DNA from: an uncultured Mycoplasmatota bacterium
GTDB lineage: Bacteria; Bacillota_I; Bacilli_A; RF39; UBA660
Length of the DNA stretch: 64,000 nt
Reading direction: 5' to 3'
Assembly (NCBI GenBank): GCA_947574215.1
Contig: CANPIX010000002.1
Location: 4,490 to 68,489 of the forward strand
The position numbers and the translations under genes are program-made. This document shows positions 18,204 through 28,202 of the stretch, one piece after another (positions within the stretch are counted from its first letter, which is position 1; each line of letters opens with the position of its first letter). The notes beneath the pieces are model-generated. The model saw only the letters and a program-made list of their open reading frames with translations. It searched no databases and was not told the DNA's origin.

Positions 18204-18740
18204 TTATTGCCATCCATTTCTTAAAACATCATAGGTAACTACTGAACGCCCAACCATTCTAGCGTAATCCATACTACTCGTTAATAAATCTAAATCTTGA
18301 CCTAAAACCCCTCGATCTAGCACAATAGCAAACACTGGATCGTCTGATAATTTTGTTTTATTTAAGCGTACAATAGATCCACAGGGTAAATTCTTACTTG
18401 AAGCAACAATTTGTACTTTACCATAAGAAATATCGTTATAAGTTTCCGTTCCATCTAAAACATTGTATTTAGGAAGGCAGGCAAGTTTACCACTACACAA
18501 TGGGCATGTAGGAAGATAACTAGTTAAATCTCCTGTAAAAGTATCTTTTGCACTATATAAGTCATTTGCTATATCTTCTTTTAATTTCATTGCCATAGTA
18601 GCCAAATCTATCGATTTATTATAATTATCATTTAATACTTTTGTTTCTTTACTATTGTTATTAGATTCTACAAAGATCACAAGCAAAAGAAGCAATGCGA
18701 TTTGAAGTAATTTCTTCGTCGTTTTTAAAATAGATAGCAC
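18204..18740 (-). CDS. 3D-domain (RlpA/MltA-like DPBB) cell-wall protein with N-terminal signal/TM, YabE-like
   Basis: 178 aa. The C-terminal GSIVRL...FAIVLDRGVLGQDLDL resembles a 3D/DPBB domain. It lies between tatD and ksgA like B. subtilis yabE. Confidence 0.5.
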   Translation of the reverse strand: MLSILKTTKKLLQIALLLLLVIFVESNNNSKETKVLNDNYNKSIDLATMAMKLKEDIANDLYSAKDTFTGDLTSYLPTCPLCSGKLACLPKYNVLDGTETYNDISYGKVQIVASSKNLPCGSIVRLNKTKLSDDPVFAIVLDRGVLGQDLDLLTSSMDYARMVGRSVVTYDVLRNGWQ

Positions 18741-18795
18741 TTAAACCATCACCTCGCTAGTAACTTGTTTCATAAACAGTTTAACAAAGAAAGCC

Positions 18796-19551
18796 TTAAA
18801 TGTCAAAAATTCGTTTACTATTTTCATTTGTTATTTCAGCCAACTGTGCAAAGGATATATTTTTTAATTCACAAATATACTCTGCTATATTTTTTACTTT
18901 ACTTGGATCATTTCTTTTTCCACGAAAAGGAACAGGTGTTAAATAGGGAGAATCGGTCTCTAATACAATGTTATGCAAATCAATTTCTTTTATTACTTCT
19001 TTTAAGTTACAATTTTTGAATGTAATAACTCCATTAACTCCCAATAAAAAGCCCATTTTTATATATTGATTAGCAGTTTCTAAACTTCCACTAAATGAAT
19101 GAATTACACCACGAACTTTATATTTTTTTAGACATTCAATTGTATCTTTCGTAGCCTCCCTTGAATGAACAACAATAGGCATATCGTATTTTTCTGCGAG
19201 TTTCAGTTGTTTTTCAAAAAGAAGAATTTGTTTCTCTCTATTTTCTTTCGTATAATGATAATCCAATCCTATCTCACCAATTGCAATAACTTTTTTAGTA
19301 TTCATGTTTTTTTCAATAAATTGTAAATCTTCTTCTTTATAACTTTCCACTTCTTCTGGATGTATTCCGATAGCTCCATAAATTTCTTCTTTTTGAATTA
19401 ATGACAATACTTCTTTATTGCTTTTAAAATCACAACCCGCTACAATCATACGACTTACACTATTTTCTTTGGCAAGCTTTATAACTTCATCAATATTTTC
19501 ATAATATTCTTGAAACAAATGACAATGCGTATCACAAAACATAAATATCAC
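18796..19551 (-). CDS. tatD: TatD-family metal-dependent DNase/hydrolase (YabD)
   Basis: 251 aa. FCDTHCHL and GEIGLDYHY are TatD motifs. The real start may be the internal Met of MFCDTHCHL. Confidence 0.85.
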   Translation of the reverse strand: MIFMFCDTHCHLFQEYYENIDEVIKLAKENSVSRMIVAGCDFKSNKEVLSLIQKEEIYGAIGIHPEEVESYKEEDLQFIEKNMNTKKVIAIGEIGLDYHYTKENREKQILLFEKQLKLAEKYDMPIVVHSREATKDTIECLKKYKVRGVIHSFSGSLETANQYIKMGFLLGVNGVITFKNCNLKEVIKEIDLHNIVLETDSPYLTPVPFRGKRNDPSKVKNIAEYICELKNISFAQLAEITNENSKRIFDI

Positions 19552-20396
19552 TCTTTTCCATTTAGCATTTTAGCTTGTTTATGCAAAGTTAACAATAAAG
19601 AATTACCAAACTCTTCTTCAATATTAGGATTCATAGAAGCTACAATTGCTTCATCTAAATGACTTACTAAATCTTCTTTTCTCGTTTCACAAACTATTTG
19701 GCCTTGGTAGAATTCTTTTCTTGTCTTCTCATCATACACAACTTCATTAGCTAAATCAATAAACATTCCTTCTTCATTTCTTATTATACTATGATAATAG
19801 TTTCCATCATAACAACATGGCAAAAGCTCAGTTACTAAGCTTGCATTATCTAATAAATCCATAAAGTCCCAAGAAGCAATATGACAAATACCACCATCCT
19901 TGCAATTGTCTTCATATCGCATTTTTCTTATAAATTGTTTTGCCAAAAAATCTTCTCGAAAATAATCTTGGATAGAATAAAAGGAATGTTTACCAAAATT
20001 CTCACTAGAAACTATAATTTTTCCATGGTAGTATTCTATGTTTTTTATAGAAGGAGATAACATTAAAAGATTTTTCCATTCTTTATTTAAATTTTTATTC
20101 GTTGTAGAGCCTAAATAAAACATAGCTTCTTGTATAGCGTAAATCGTATTAAATCCACTTTGTTTCAATAAATCTTCAAAAAATGGAATAAGGTTTGGAT
20201 AAAAACGATACACTACTTTTTTTAAGGAATCATAAAAATCCATAAAATCATTTTCTCTACAATCGTATATCGCTTTAACTTCTTTTTCACGAATGCCTGA
20301 CTCTTTTAAAAATAAATAAACAAATTCTTTTATTCGTTGATTGTTTCTATCTATATATTGTTCTTCGTACTGATAAAATATTTTTTCATAGTCCAT
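19548..20396 (-). CDS. Hypothetical protein of unknown function
   Basis: 282 aa. It sits between metG and tatD, overlapping the tatD start by 4 nt (ATGA). It has no recognisable motif apart from Cys/His-rich patches (CKDGGICHIASWDF). Confidence 0.5.
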   Translation of the reverse strand: MDYEKIFYQYEEQYIDRNNQRIKEFVYLFLKESGIREKEVKAIYDCRENDFMDFYDSLKKVVYRFYPNLIPFFEDLLKQSGFNTIYAIQEAMFYLGSTTNKNLNKEWKNLLMLSPSIKNIEYYHGKIIVSSENFGKHSFYSIQDYFREDFLAKQFIRKMRYEDNCKDGGICHIASWDFMDLLDNASLVTELLPCCYDGNYYHSIIRNEEGMFIDLANEVVYDEKTRKEFYQGQIVCETRKEDLVSHLDEAIVASMNPNIEEEFGNSLLLTLHKQAKMLNGKE

Positions 20397-20471
20397 AATA
20401 AAAAACCCCTTTTTTAATTAGAACAATATTATACATGAAAATAAAAAAAAGAAAAGTATTTTTTCGCTTTT

Positions 20472-21992
20472 CTATTTATCCATATCTATTCTTTGAAATA
20501 AAATTTCAGCTTCATTTAAGTCATACACAGCATTTTCATTAAATTTAAATGAAGTATCAGTCGAATGAATTTGACTTAAAATTCTTTCACTCGTTTCAGG
20601 TAAGAATGGACTTAAAAATACAGCACATACTCGAATCGCTTCTATTAAATTATAAAGTACGGTTTCAAGTCTTTCTTTTTTACTTTCTTCTTTAGCTAAC
20701 GTCCATGGTGTTGTTTCATCAATATATTTGTTACTTCTTCGTAATACTTCAAAAATTTCATCTATAGCAGATCCAATTTCTAAGTTGGTCATTTTATTAT
20801 CTATTTCACTTTCTAAAGCATTTATCATCGAAATAAGTTCATTATCCACAATTTCAATTACTTTTTTATTTTCTAAGTGACTATCAAAATATTTTTTTGC
20901 CATAGAAATGGTACGATTTACTAAATTCCCTAATATATTTACCAAATCTCCATTTATTCTCTCAATAAGTAAATCTTTAGTAAATACGCCATCACTTGCA
21001 AAAGGAATCTCGTGTAACACATAAAAACGTACTGCATCTACTCCAAATTCTTTCACTAAATCATCAGCATAGATAACATTTCCTTTTGACTTACTCATCT
21101 TTCCATCACTCATAATAAGCCAAGGATGTCCGAAAACTTGTTTTGGAAGAGGTAAATCCAAACTCATTAAAAAACAAGGCCAATAAATGGTATGAAAACG
21201 AATAATATCTTTACCAATCAAATGCAAGTCTGCTGGCCATAATTTATTAAATTCTTCACTTGAACCATCTGGGTCGTAACCTATATTGGTAATGTAATTT
21301 GTTAAAGCATCTAACCATACATAAACCACATGTTGTGGATTTTCTACTACAGGAATTCCCCAATCAAATGAAGTTCTAGAAACACATAAATCTTGTAAAC
21401 CAGGTTTTAAAAAATTATTAATCATTTCATTTTTTCGAGAAGCTGGTTGAATAAATTCTGGATGCGATTCAATATAGTCCATTAACTTTTCTTGATATTT
21501 ACTTAATTTAAAAAAATAAGATTCTTCACTTTTCAACTCTACTTCTCTTCCACAATCTGGACACTTTCCATCTACAAGTTGATTTTCAGTCCAAAAAGAT
21601 TCACAAGGAGTACAATAAAGTCCCTTGTATTCTCCTAAATAAATATCTCCTTTATCCAACATTTTTTTAAATATTTTTTGAACAATTTTCTCATGATGTT
21701 CGTCAGTCGTTCGAACAAATTTATCATAACTAGTATTCATAATATCCCAAATACTTTTAATTTCACTAGCTATCTCATCCACAAATTCTTTTGGTGTTAT
21801 ATTTTCTTCTTTCGCTTTAATTTGGATTTTTTCCCCATGCTCATCGGTTCCAGTTTGAAAATAAACTAAAAAACCTTTCAATCTTTTGTAACGAGCAATT
21901 GCATCTGCTAAAACGATCTCATAAGTATTTCCTATATGAGGTTTTCCTGATGTATATGCAATGGCTGTTGATATATAATACTTTTCTTTCAT
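20472..21992 (-). CDS. metG: Methionine--tRNA ligase (short form without C-terminal tRNA-binding domain)
   Basis: 506 aa. HIGN motif (GKPHIGNTYE), KMSKS motif (GKMSKSKGN) and a zinc knuckle (CPDCGREV). Confidence 0.9.
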   Translation of the reverse strand: MKEKYYISTAIAYTSGKPHIGNTYEIVLADAIARYKRLKGFLVYFQTGTDEHGEKIQIKAKEENITPKEFVDEIASEIKSIWDIMNTSYDKFVRTTDEHHEKIVQKIFKKMLDKGDIYLGEYKGLYCTPCESFWTENQLVDGKCPDCGREVELKSEESYFFKLSKYQEKLMDYIESHPEFIQPASRKNEMINNFLKPGLQDLCVSRTSFDWGIPVVENPQHVVYVWLDALTNYITNIGYDPDGSSEEFNKLWPADLHLIGKDIIRFHTIYWPCFLMSLDLPLPKQVFGHPWLIMSDGKMSKSKGNVIYADDLVKEFGVDAVRFYVLHEIPFASDGVFTKDLLIERINGDLVNILGNLVNRTISMAKKYFDSHLENKKVIEIVDNELISMINALESEIDNKMTNLEIGSAIDEIFEVLRRSNKYIDETTPWTLAKEESKKERLETVLYNLIEAIRVCAVFLSPFLPETSERILSQIHSTDTSFKFNENAVYDLNEAEILFQRIDMDK

Positions 21993-22019
21993 AAAAAACC
22001 TTCTTCCATTTAATCATAT

Positions 22020-22270
22020 TATTTATCCATGATTTTTTTCTAAAACAAAAAAATCACAAATTAAGGGCGAAAAATTTTCCGCGGTACCACCTTAATTCAT
22101 GATTTTAATCATGCACTCTAATTCGTAACGAGAATGAATCGATTTAACTCCAGAACCATGTTCATACTCTTATTTAGATTTACTCGCACCAAATGTAAAT
22201 TCTCTTTGCTAAACAATAAGTACTACTCTTTCCTTCTTTATTAATTGCTTTTATCTTAGCATAGAATTTT
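22020..22270 (-). promoter_or_regulatory. T-box riboswitch leader upstream of metG
   Basis: Plus-strand ccgcggtaccaccttaatt (22079-22097) is the reverse complement of the conserved T-box sequence AATTAAGGTGGTACCGCGG. On the minus strand it is followed by a stem plus U-run (terminator/antiterminator) before the metG RBS. Confidence 0.7.
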
Positions 22271-22277
22271 TATAGTT

Positions 22278-22799
22278 TCAAGAAATATCCACCTTACTTA
22301 CAATCAAATTTGAAATAAATTTTAAAAGACTATTATTGGATTCTTCAATTGGCTTTTCCGAAAACAAAATAAGTAGTCCTAAACAATCTGTAGAAGAAAT
22401 AATCGGCTGAACAAAATAATACCCACTTTTTTCTTCATTATTAAATTTAAAGGTTTGCATTTCTCTTTTAAAAACACTTTCTCGATTATGTATATAATGT
22501 ATAAATTTTGTATCTAAATCCGTACTTTCAAAAGAAGCAAATTTATTAGCATAAATAATTTTGTCACGATCACTAATCATTAAATTAAGTTCATACACTT
22601 GTGTTACTAAATTTGCAATCGTATGAATAATTTCTTTGTAATCTTTAATTTTTGAATATTTTTTTAAAATCACTTGATCTTCTTCTACAAAAATTTCTAA
22701 ATTTTCTCCTTCCCGTATTCCTAAATTACGTCGTATTTCTTTTGGTAATACAATTCTTCCTAACTCATCAATCCTACGAATTACACCAGTCGACTTCAA
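22278..22799 (-). CDS. spoVT: Stage V sporulation transcriptional regulator SpoVT (AbrB N-domain plus GAF-like C-domain)
   Basis: 173 aa. MKSTGVIRRIDELGRIVLPKEIRRNLGIREGENLEIFVEEDQVILKKYS matches the SpoVT N-terminus. It is adjacent to mfd as in B. subtilis. Confidence 0.85.
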   Translation of the reverse strand: MKSTGVIRRIDELGRIVLPKEIRRNLGIREGENLEIFVEEDQVILKKYSKIKDYKEIIHTIANLVTQVYELNLMISDRDKIIYANKFASFESTDLDTKFIHYIHNRESVFKREMQTFKFNNEEKSGYYFVQPIISSTDCLGLLILFSEKPIEESNNSLLKFISNLIVSKVDIS

Positions 22800-22928
22800 A
22801 AGATAATCACTCCTTACGTATATTAGTTTGAGTTATAGTAAAAAAAATATACAGAAGAAAATAGAGAATTTAGATTTTAGGTATATAAAATAAAATTCTA
22901 CTTCTCCTATGTAAGAAATAAGTAGAAT

Positions 22929-25900
22929 TTAATCTTCTTTTACATCTCTTAGAATCAATTCCAAAAGGGGTACAATTGAGTATAAAAAATGTTTTTCATT
23001 TCTTTTAAGAAGCAAAGAAATTGAAATTTTTTTATTCACATATTTAAAAGAAAAATTAGGATTTATATTGTACGCTTCAAAAAACAATTTATCGCCTTTT
23101 ACTTTTGAAGAATGTACTTCTGGAATTTCCACTTCAACCAAACGTTCAGTTTGTTTCACATGTGAAATATCTAATTTTTTAGCTAATTTTTCAAACCATT
23201 CTTCATACATATAAATCTCTATTTCTTCTGTTATTTTACCAAAACGATCTTCTAATATTTTTTTAACGCGTTGTAAAGAGGAATTGTCTTCTATTTCATT
23301 GATCAATTGATGAATTTCAATTTTAACGTCTTCATCACTTACATAAGTATCGCTTATGTGCGTACTAACATTAACTAAAGATTTCGCATCTAAATCTTCT
23401 TCCACTTCTTCTCCATTTAAACGTCTAATTTCTTCTTCTACCATTTTGGTATACAAAGAAATTCCAACGGAATCTATAAAACCCGCTTGTTCACTTCCTA
23501 ATATATCTCCAGCTCCACGGAGAGATAAATCTCGCATTGCTATACGATAACCACTACCAAGTTCCGTAAAATCTTTAATAGCTTGTAAACGTTTCACTGC
23601 AATATCATTTAATAATTTATGACTGTCGTACAAAAGATACGCGTAAGCTATTTTATCACTTCTACCAACACGACCACGTATTTGATAAAGTTGAGACAAA
23701 CCAAAGTGATCAGCGTCATAGATAATTAAAGTATTGGCATTAGGAATATCAATACCCGTTTCAATAATCGTTGTACAAACCAAAATATCAAACTCGTAAT
23801 TAACAAACGATTCCATAATAGCATCCAATTCTTTTTTTGTCATCTGTCCATGAGCAAAAGAGACTCTAGCTTCTGGAATTAGACGAGAGAGTTTATTGGA
23901 GAATTCTTCTATTGATGCCACTTTATTATACAAAATAAAGATTTGTCCTTTACGTGATAATTCTTTATAGATAGCGTCTTTTACAATAAGTTCATTTTCC
24001 TGTATGACATAAGTTTGTACAGGATATCGATTCACAGGGGCTGTATCAATAATAGATAAATCTCTTAAACCACTCATAGCCATTTTCATTGTTCTAGGAA
24101 TAGGAGTTGCTGAAAGTGTTAATACATTCACATCATTTTTAAAAGTTTTTATTTTTTCTTTATGTGTAACTCCAAAACGTTGCTCTTCATCCACAATAAG
24201 TAAACCTAAGTTTTTACATAAAACGTCTTCACTTAAAAGTCGATGGGTTCCAAATAAAATATCAATTTTTCCGCTTTTTAAATCTTCTAAAATACGTTTT
24301 GTTTCTTTAGAAGAAGTAAAACGATTTAATAAAGCCATTTCGATTGGATAAGAAGAAAAACGTTTCAAAGCAGAACTATATTGTTGTTTTGACAAAATGG
24401 TCGTGGGACATAAATACAACACCTGTTTATTATTTAATATCGTTTTAAAAATAGCTCGAAAAGCCACTTCTGTTTTTCCAAAGCCAACATCTCCACATAA
24501 AAGACGATCCATTGGAATAGGACTTCTTAGGTCTTTTTCTACATCTTGAATGGCTTTTAATTGATCTTTAGTTTCTTCATAAGGAAACTCCGTAGCAAAT
24601 AAATCTTCCATTGGATAATCAAGATAACTAGTTCCTTTCGTATTGGTACGAATAGCATACAGACGCATTAATTCTTCTGAGATATCTTTAATTTTCTTTT
24701 GACAAGCACGTTTCTTCAATTCCCAAGAAGTACTATTTAATTTATTAATTTTAGGTTTTACTCCATCTTTATCAGTATACTTAAAAATAGTAGTGATTTT
24801 TTCTACAGGAATATATACTTTATCATTTCCCAAGTAATTTATTTGAATAAAATCTTTTTGCATTCCCATTTGGTTTAAGGTTACAACACCATTATATATT
24901 CCAATACCATGACTACGATGTACAACGTAGTCTCCTAATTCTAAATTGTTTAATGTATTTATCTTTTTCCCTATTTTTAATGTATTTTTGTATTTAATTT
25001 CTTTGCTAGTAACTTCTTCGATATCAAATTCTGATAAAAAAACATATTCATCAAATAAAAAACCACGATTTATTTTTTTATTTAAAATATTTATTTGATT
25101 TATCTCTAATTTTTCTTTTACAAGAATAGGAACCCCAACAAATAATTCTTTGATTTCTTTTATTTGATTTTCTTTAGATAAACAAAAAACTACAGTTTTC
25201 TTCTTTTGAATCCACAACAAGACTTTTTCTTTTAATAAGGAAAAATTAGATTTAAAGTTTTCCATTTCCATCGACTGGTAAGAAACTATTTTTTTATTAT
25301 TACTATTCAAATTTGTAAATGTATCAATAAAAATTTCTTTTGCGTTTGAAAAATCTTCCATTTGGTACATATACTTTTTATTTTGATCTACTTCATTACT
25401 GGTTTTATATTCTAAAATGTCCTCTAATAATTTCTTATAAGAAACTTCAATTTGTTCATAATCATAATAAACTACAAGAGGAACTTTTAAATAATCAAGT
25501 AAAGAATTATGCCCTTTTTCGATTACTTCGTCATAAGGACCAATTGAAACTTCTTTTAACGTTTCTAGTGAAAGTTGTGAATCTTCATCAAAAGTACGAA
25601 TAGACTCAATTGTATCTCCAAAAAATTCAATTCGTATAGGGTGTTCTAAAAACGTAGGAAAAACATCTAATATAAAACCTCTCATGGCAAAAGTTCCTGT
25701 TGCAGTAACTAAAGAATCTCTTGTATAACCAAAAGCAAGTAATCGTTCAACAATTTTTTCTCGACTCATTTCCTCATTTACTTTTAGATTTATTTCTTTT
25801 TCTTCTTTTTCTTGCATAGGTGGTAAAAATTTTAAATATCCCATTAAATTAGTAACCACAATATGTTTCTTCTCTTCTATTTTTTTTAAGGTTTCTAATC

Positions 25901-26159
25901 GTTTAATTTTTAAATCTGGAGAAATTGCTAGCGCTACACTTGATAAAAAATCATCCATAGGAAAAAGAAGCACATCGTCTGTATAAGTACTTAACAAGGA
26001 ATACAATCTATTACATTCATACAAAGAATTCACTACTACTAAAATATTTTCTTTTTTCGTTTCAAAAAGATAAAGTAAATAAAATATATTTAATTCTTTT
26101 GTAAGACCTGTAACATGAATATTGAACTCACTGGAAAACTTTTCATTTAACCATTTCAT
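22929..26159 (-). CDS. mfd: Transcription-repair coupling factor Mfd
   Basis: 1076 aa. Helicase motifs (LLCGDVGFGKTEVA, DEEQRFGV) and a TRCF domain. Gene order is pth-mfd-spoVT. Confidence 0.9.
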   Translation of the reverse strand: MKWLNEKFSSEFNIHVTGLTKELNIFYLLYLFETKKENILVVVNSLYECNRLYSLLSTYTDDVLLFPMDDFLSSVALAISPDLKIKRLETLKKIEEKKHIVVTNLMGYLKFLPPMQEKEEKEINLKVNEEMSREKIVERLLAFGYTRDSLVTATGTFAMRGFILDVFPTFLEHPIRIEFFGDTIESIRTFDEDSQLSLETLKEVSIGPYDEVIEKGHNSLLDYLKVPLVVYYDYEQIEVSYKKLLEDILEYKTSNEVDQNKKYMYQMEDFSNAKEIFIDTFTNLNSNNKKIVSYQSMEMENFKSNFSLLKEKVLLWIQKKKTVVFCLSKENQIKEIKELFVGVPILVKEKLEINQINILNKKINRGFLFDEYVFLSEFDIEEVTSKEIKYKNTLKIGKKINTLNNLELGDYVVHRSHGIGIYNGVVTLNQMGMQKDFIQINYLGNDKVYIPVEKITTIFKYTDKDGVKPKINKLNSTSWELKKRACQKKIKDISEELMRLYAIRTNTKGTSYLDYPMEDLFATEFPYEETKDQLKAIQDVEKDLRSPIPMDRLLCGDVGFGKTEVAFRAIFKTILNNKQVLYLCPTTILSKQQYSSALKRFSSYPIEMALLNRFTSSKETKRILEDLKSGKIDILFGTHRLLSEDVLCKNLGLLIVDEEQRFGVTHKEKIKTFKNDVNVLTLSATPIPRTMKMAMSGLRDLSIIDTAPVNRYPVQTYVIQENELIVKDAIYKELSRKGQIFILYNKVASIEEFSNKLSRLIPEARVSFAHGQMTKKELDAIMESFVNYEFDILVCTTIIETGIDIPNANTLIIYDADHFGLSQLYQIRGRVGRSDKIAYAYLLYDSHKLLNDIAVKRLQAIKDFTELGSGYRIAMRDLSLRGAGDILGSEQAGFIDSVGISLYTKMVEEEIRRLNGEEVEEDLDAKSLVNVSTHISDTYVSDEDVKIEIHQLINEIEDNSSLQRVKKILEDRFGKITEEIEIYMYEEWFEKLAKKLDISHVKQTERLVEVEIPEVHSSKVKGDKLFFEAYNINPNFSFKYVNKKISISLLLKRNEKHFLYSIVPLLELILRDVKED

Positions 26160-26167
26160 ATAGCCTC

Positions 26168-26716
26168 CTAAGAATTGTATTTATTCATTGTTTTTTCAAG
26201 ACCATTAGAAATAAACGATTCTATGATTTCATTATAAAGTGGATAACTAGTATTTAAAAAACTTAATTCTTCTTTAGTAAATTTTCCCAATACATAGTGA
26301 ATAGTATCTTGTTTTTTATCATGAGAGATTCCTATTTTTAGTCTGGCAAAAGAATCTGTATTCAATGCATTTATAATGGATTTAATTCCATTATGTCCCC
26401 CTGCAGAACTATTTATTTTTATTTTGTGTTTTCTAAACTCGATATCCATATCGTCTTGTATTACTAAAATATCACTTGGATCTATATCATAATATTTGCT
26501 TGCTTGAACAACTGAAATCCCAGAGTTATTCATATACGTTGATGGTTTTAAAAATAACACCTTTTCTTTTCCATAATTAAGAATTTGATAAACACCATCA
26601 AATTTTTTTTGCCAAGTATTATTTTCTAAATAATGATCTAATATCATAAAACCTATATTATGACGAGTATTCTCATACTCCTTTCCCACATTTCCTAAAC
26701 CTACAATTAATTTCAT
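26168..26716 (-). CDS. pth: Peptidyl-tRNA hydrolase
   Basis: 182 aa. MKLIVGLGNVGKEYENTRHNIGF is a canonical Pth N-terminus. Confidence 0.9.
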   Translation of the reverse strand: MKLIVGLGNVGKEYENTRHNIGFMILDHYLENNTWQKKFDGVYQILNYGKEKVLFLKPSTYMNNSGISVVQASKYYDIDPSDILVIQDDMDIEFRKHKIKINSSAGGHNGIKSIINALNTDSFARLKIGISHDKKQDTIHYVLGKFTKEELSFLNTSYPLYNEIIESFISNGLEKTMNKYNS

Positions 26717-26721
26717 ATTCT

Positions 26722-27429
26722 CTACCTTCTAAATATATTTTTATAACTATTGTAATTATTTATATACAAAGGGTTCCTTACCTTTACTCCATTTTTACCA
26801 TTTTTAATACATTTTAGCAAAACCATACTTGCTTCTTTGTCATCTTTTGTATAAATAAATTGAATTTGTTTGGCAATTATGTGATATTTTTCGCATAAAT
26901 ATAAAATTTCTTCTAAACGTTCTGGGATATGCACCAAATAAAACGTTCCATATTCTTTTAAAGCGTAAAAAACGGTTCTAAATAAATCTTCTAACTGTAA
27001 ATGAATCTCATGACGTGCAATCGCTTTTTCCCTATTTTCATTTATTAAAGAACTTTCTTTGTATTTAAAATAAGGTGGATTTGCTATTACTATATCAAAA
27101 TTATTTCCCGGGAAATATTTGTGGATAACTTTTACATCATCCTGTATTACTTGTATTTGATCTTCCAAGTTATTAAGTTTTAGGCTTTCTTGGGCCAATA
27201 TAGCTATATATTCTTGTATTTCAAAAGCTACAATTTTGTTTGGGAAATAATTTGATAAGATTAATGGAATCACTCCATTTCCCGTACAGACATCTAAAAT
27301 CTTATCATTAGGTTTTACACCAGTTACAAATTCGGCAAGTAAAATGGAATCTAAAGAAAATTTAAAAACGTCACTATCTTGAACAATTTTTTTTGGTTCA
27401 TAATCGTACAAATCATTTATTATTTTCAT
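26722..27429 (-). CDS. Class I SAM-dependent methyltransferase (YabB/TrmN6-like tRNA m6A methyltransferase)
   Basis: 235 aa. SAM motif ILDVCTGNGVI and IANPPYF (an N6-adenine methyltransferase motif). Confidence 0.7.
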   Translation of the reverse strand: MKIINDLYDYEPKKIVQDSDVFKFSLDSILLAEFVTGVKPNDKILDVCTGNGVIPLILSNYFPNKIVAFEIQEYIAILAQESLKLNNLEDQIQVIQDDVKVIHKYFPGNNFDIVIANPPYFKYKESSLINENREKAIARHEIHLQLEDLFRTVFYALKEYGTFYLVHIPERLEEILYLCEKYHIIAKQIQFIYTKDDKEASMVLLKCIKNGKNGVKVRNPLYINNYNSYKNIFRR

Positions 27430-28201
27430 TATTCAAATTCACTTCTTTAATTTCATTATCACAATCTAATTTTATTTTACGATTTAATATATCCACGGAA
27501 ATTACTTTTCCTCTTGTATTTTCTATAGTAACAATATCACCAAGATTTGGTAAACCTTTTTGAGCCTCTAAGTAATTTTGATCTTCATAAGCAAGGCAAC
27601 ATAAAAGTCTACCACAACAACCATTAATTTTAGAAGGATTAAGAGCCAAATTTTGGTTTTTAGCCATATTCATTGAAACAGATTCTAAAGAATTTAAAAA
27701 AGAAGCGCAACACAATTCTCTTCCACATTGTCCTATACCACCAACACTACAGGCTTTATCTCTAGCCCCTATCTGACGTAATTCTATTCGAGTTCGATAA
27801 ATAGATGCCAGTTTACGAGTCAATTCACGAAAATCGATTCTTTCATCAGCCGTAAAACTAAGTAACAATTGTTTTTTATCAAACGTAAACTCTGAAGATA
27901 AAAAATGCATTTCTAATTTCAATTCGTTTGCTAATTCTTGTGCCTTTTTTAAAGCCTGTTCCGCATCTTTAAGATTATTTAAATGTTTTTTATAATCTTC
28001 TTTTGTTGTTAATCTTATTATATCTTTAAAATTTCCTTTATTAATGACTTCATTATCCTTAATTTTTTCTACAACTTTACCGTATTGCAAGCCCTTCTCG
28101 GTTTCTACAATAACACAAACGTTGGTATTTACTTTTAACTCATGAGCATTAAAATAATATATTTTGCCTTTATCATTAAACTTTACTCCATAAATATTCA
28201 T
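27413..28201 (-). CDS. yaaT: PSP1-domain protein YaaT/RicT (stage 0 sporulation protein)
   Basis: 262 aa. MNIYGVKFNDKGKIYYFNA...CVIVETEKGLQYGKVV matches the YaaT N-terminus. A Cys cluster CGRELCC...CCGRLLCC is present. Confidence 0.8.
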   Translation of the reverse strand: MNIYGVKFNDKGKIYYFNAHELKVNTNVCVIVETEKGLQYGKVVEKIKDNEVINKGNFKDIIRLTTKEDYKKHLNNLKDAEQALKKAQELANELKLEMHFLSSEFTFDKKQLLLSFTADERIDFRELTRKLASIYRTRIELRQIGARDKACSVGGIGQCGRELCCASFLNSLESVSMNMAKNQNLALNPSKINGCCGRLLCCLAYEDQNYLEAQKGLPNLGDIVTIENTRGKVISVDILNRKIKLDCDNEIKEVNLNNENNK

Positions 28202-28202
28202 T

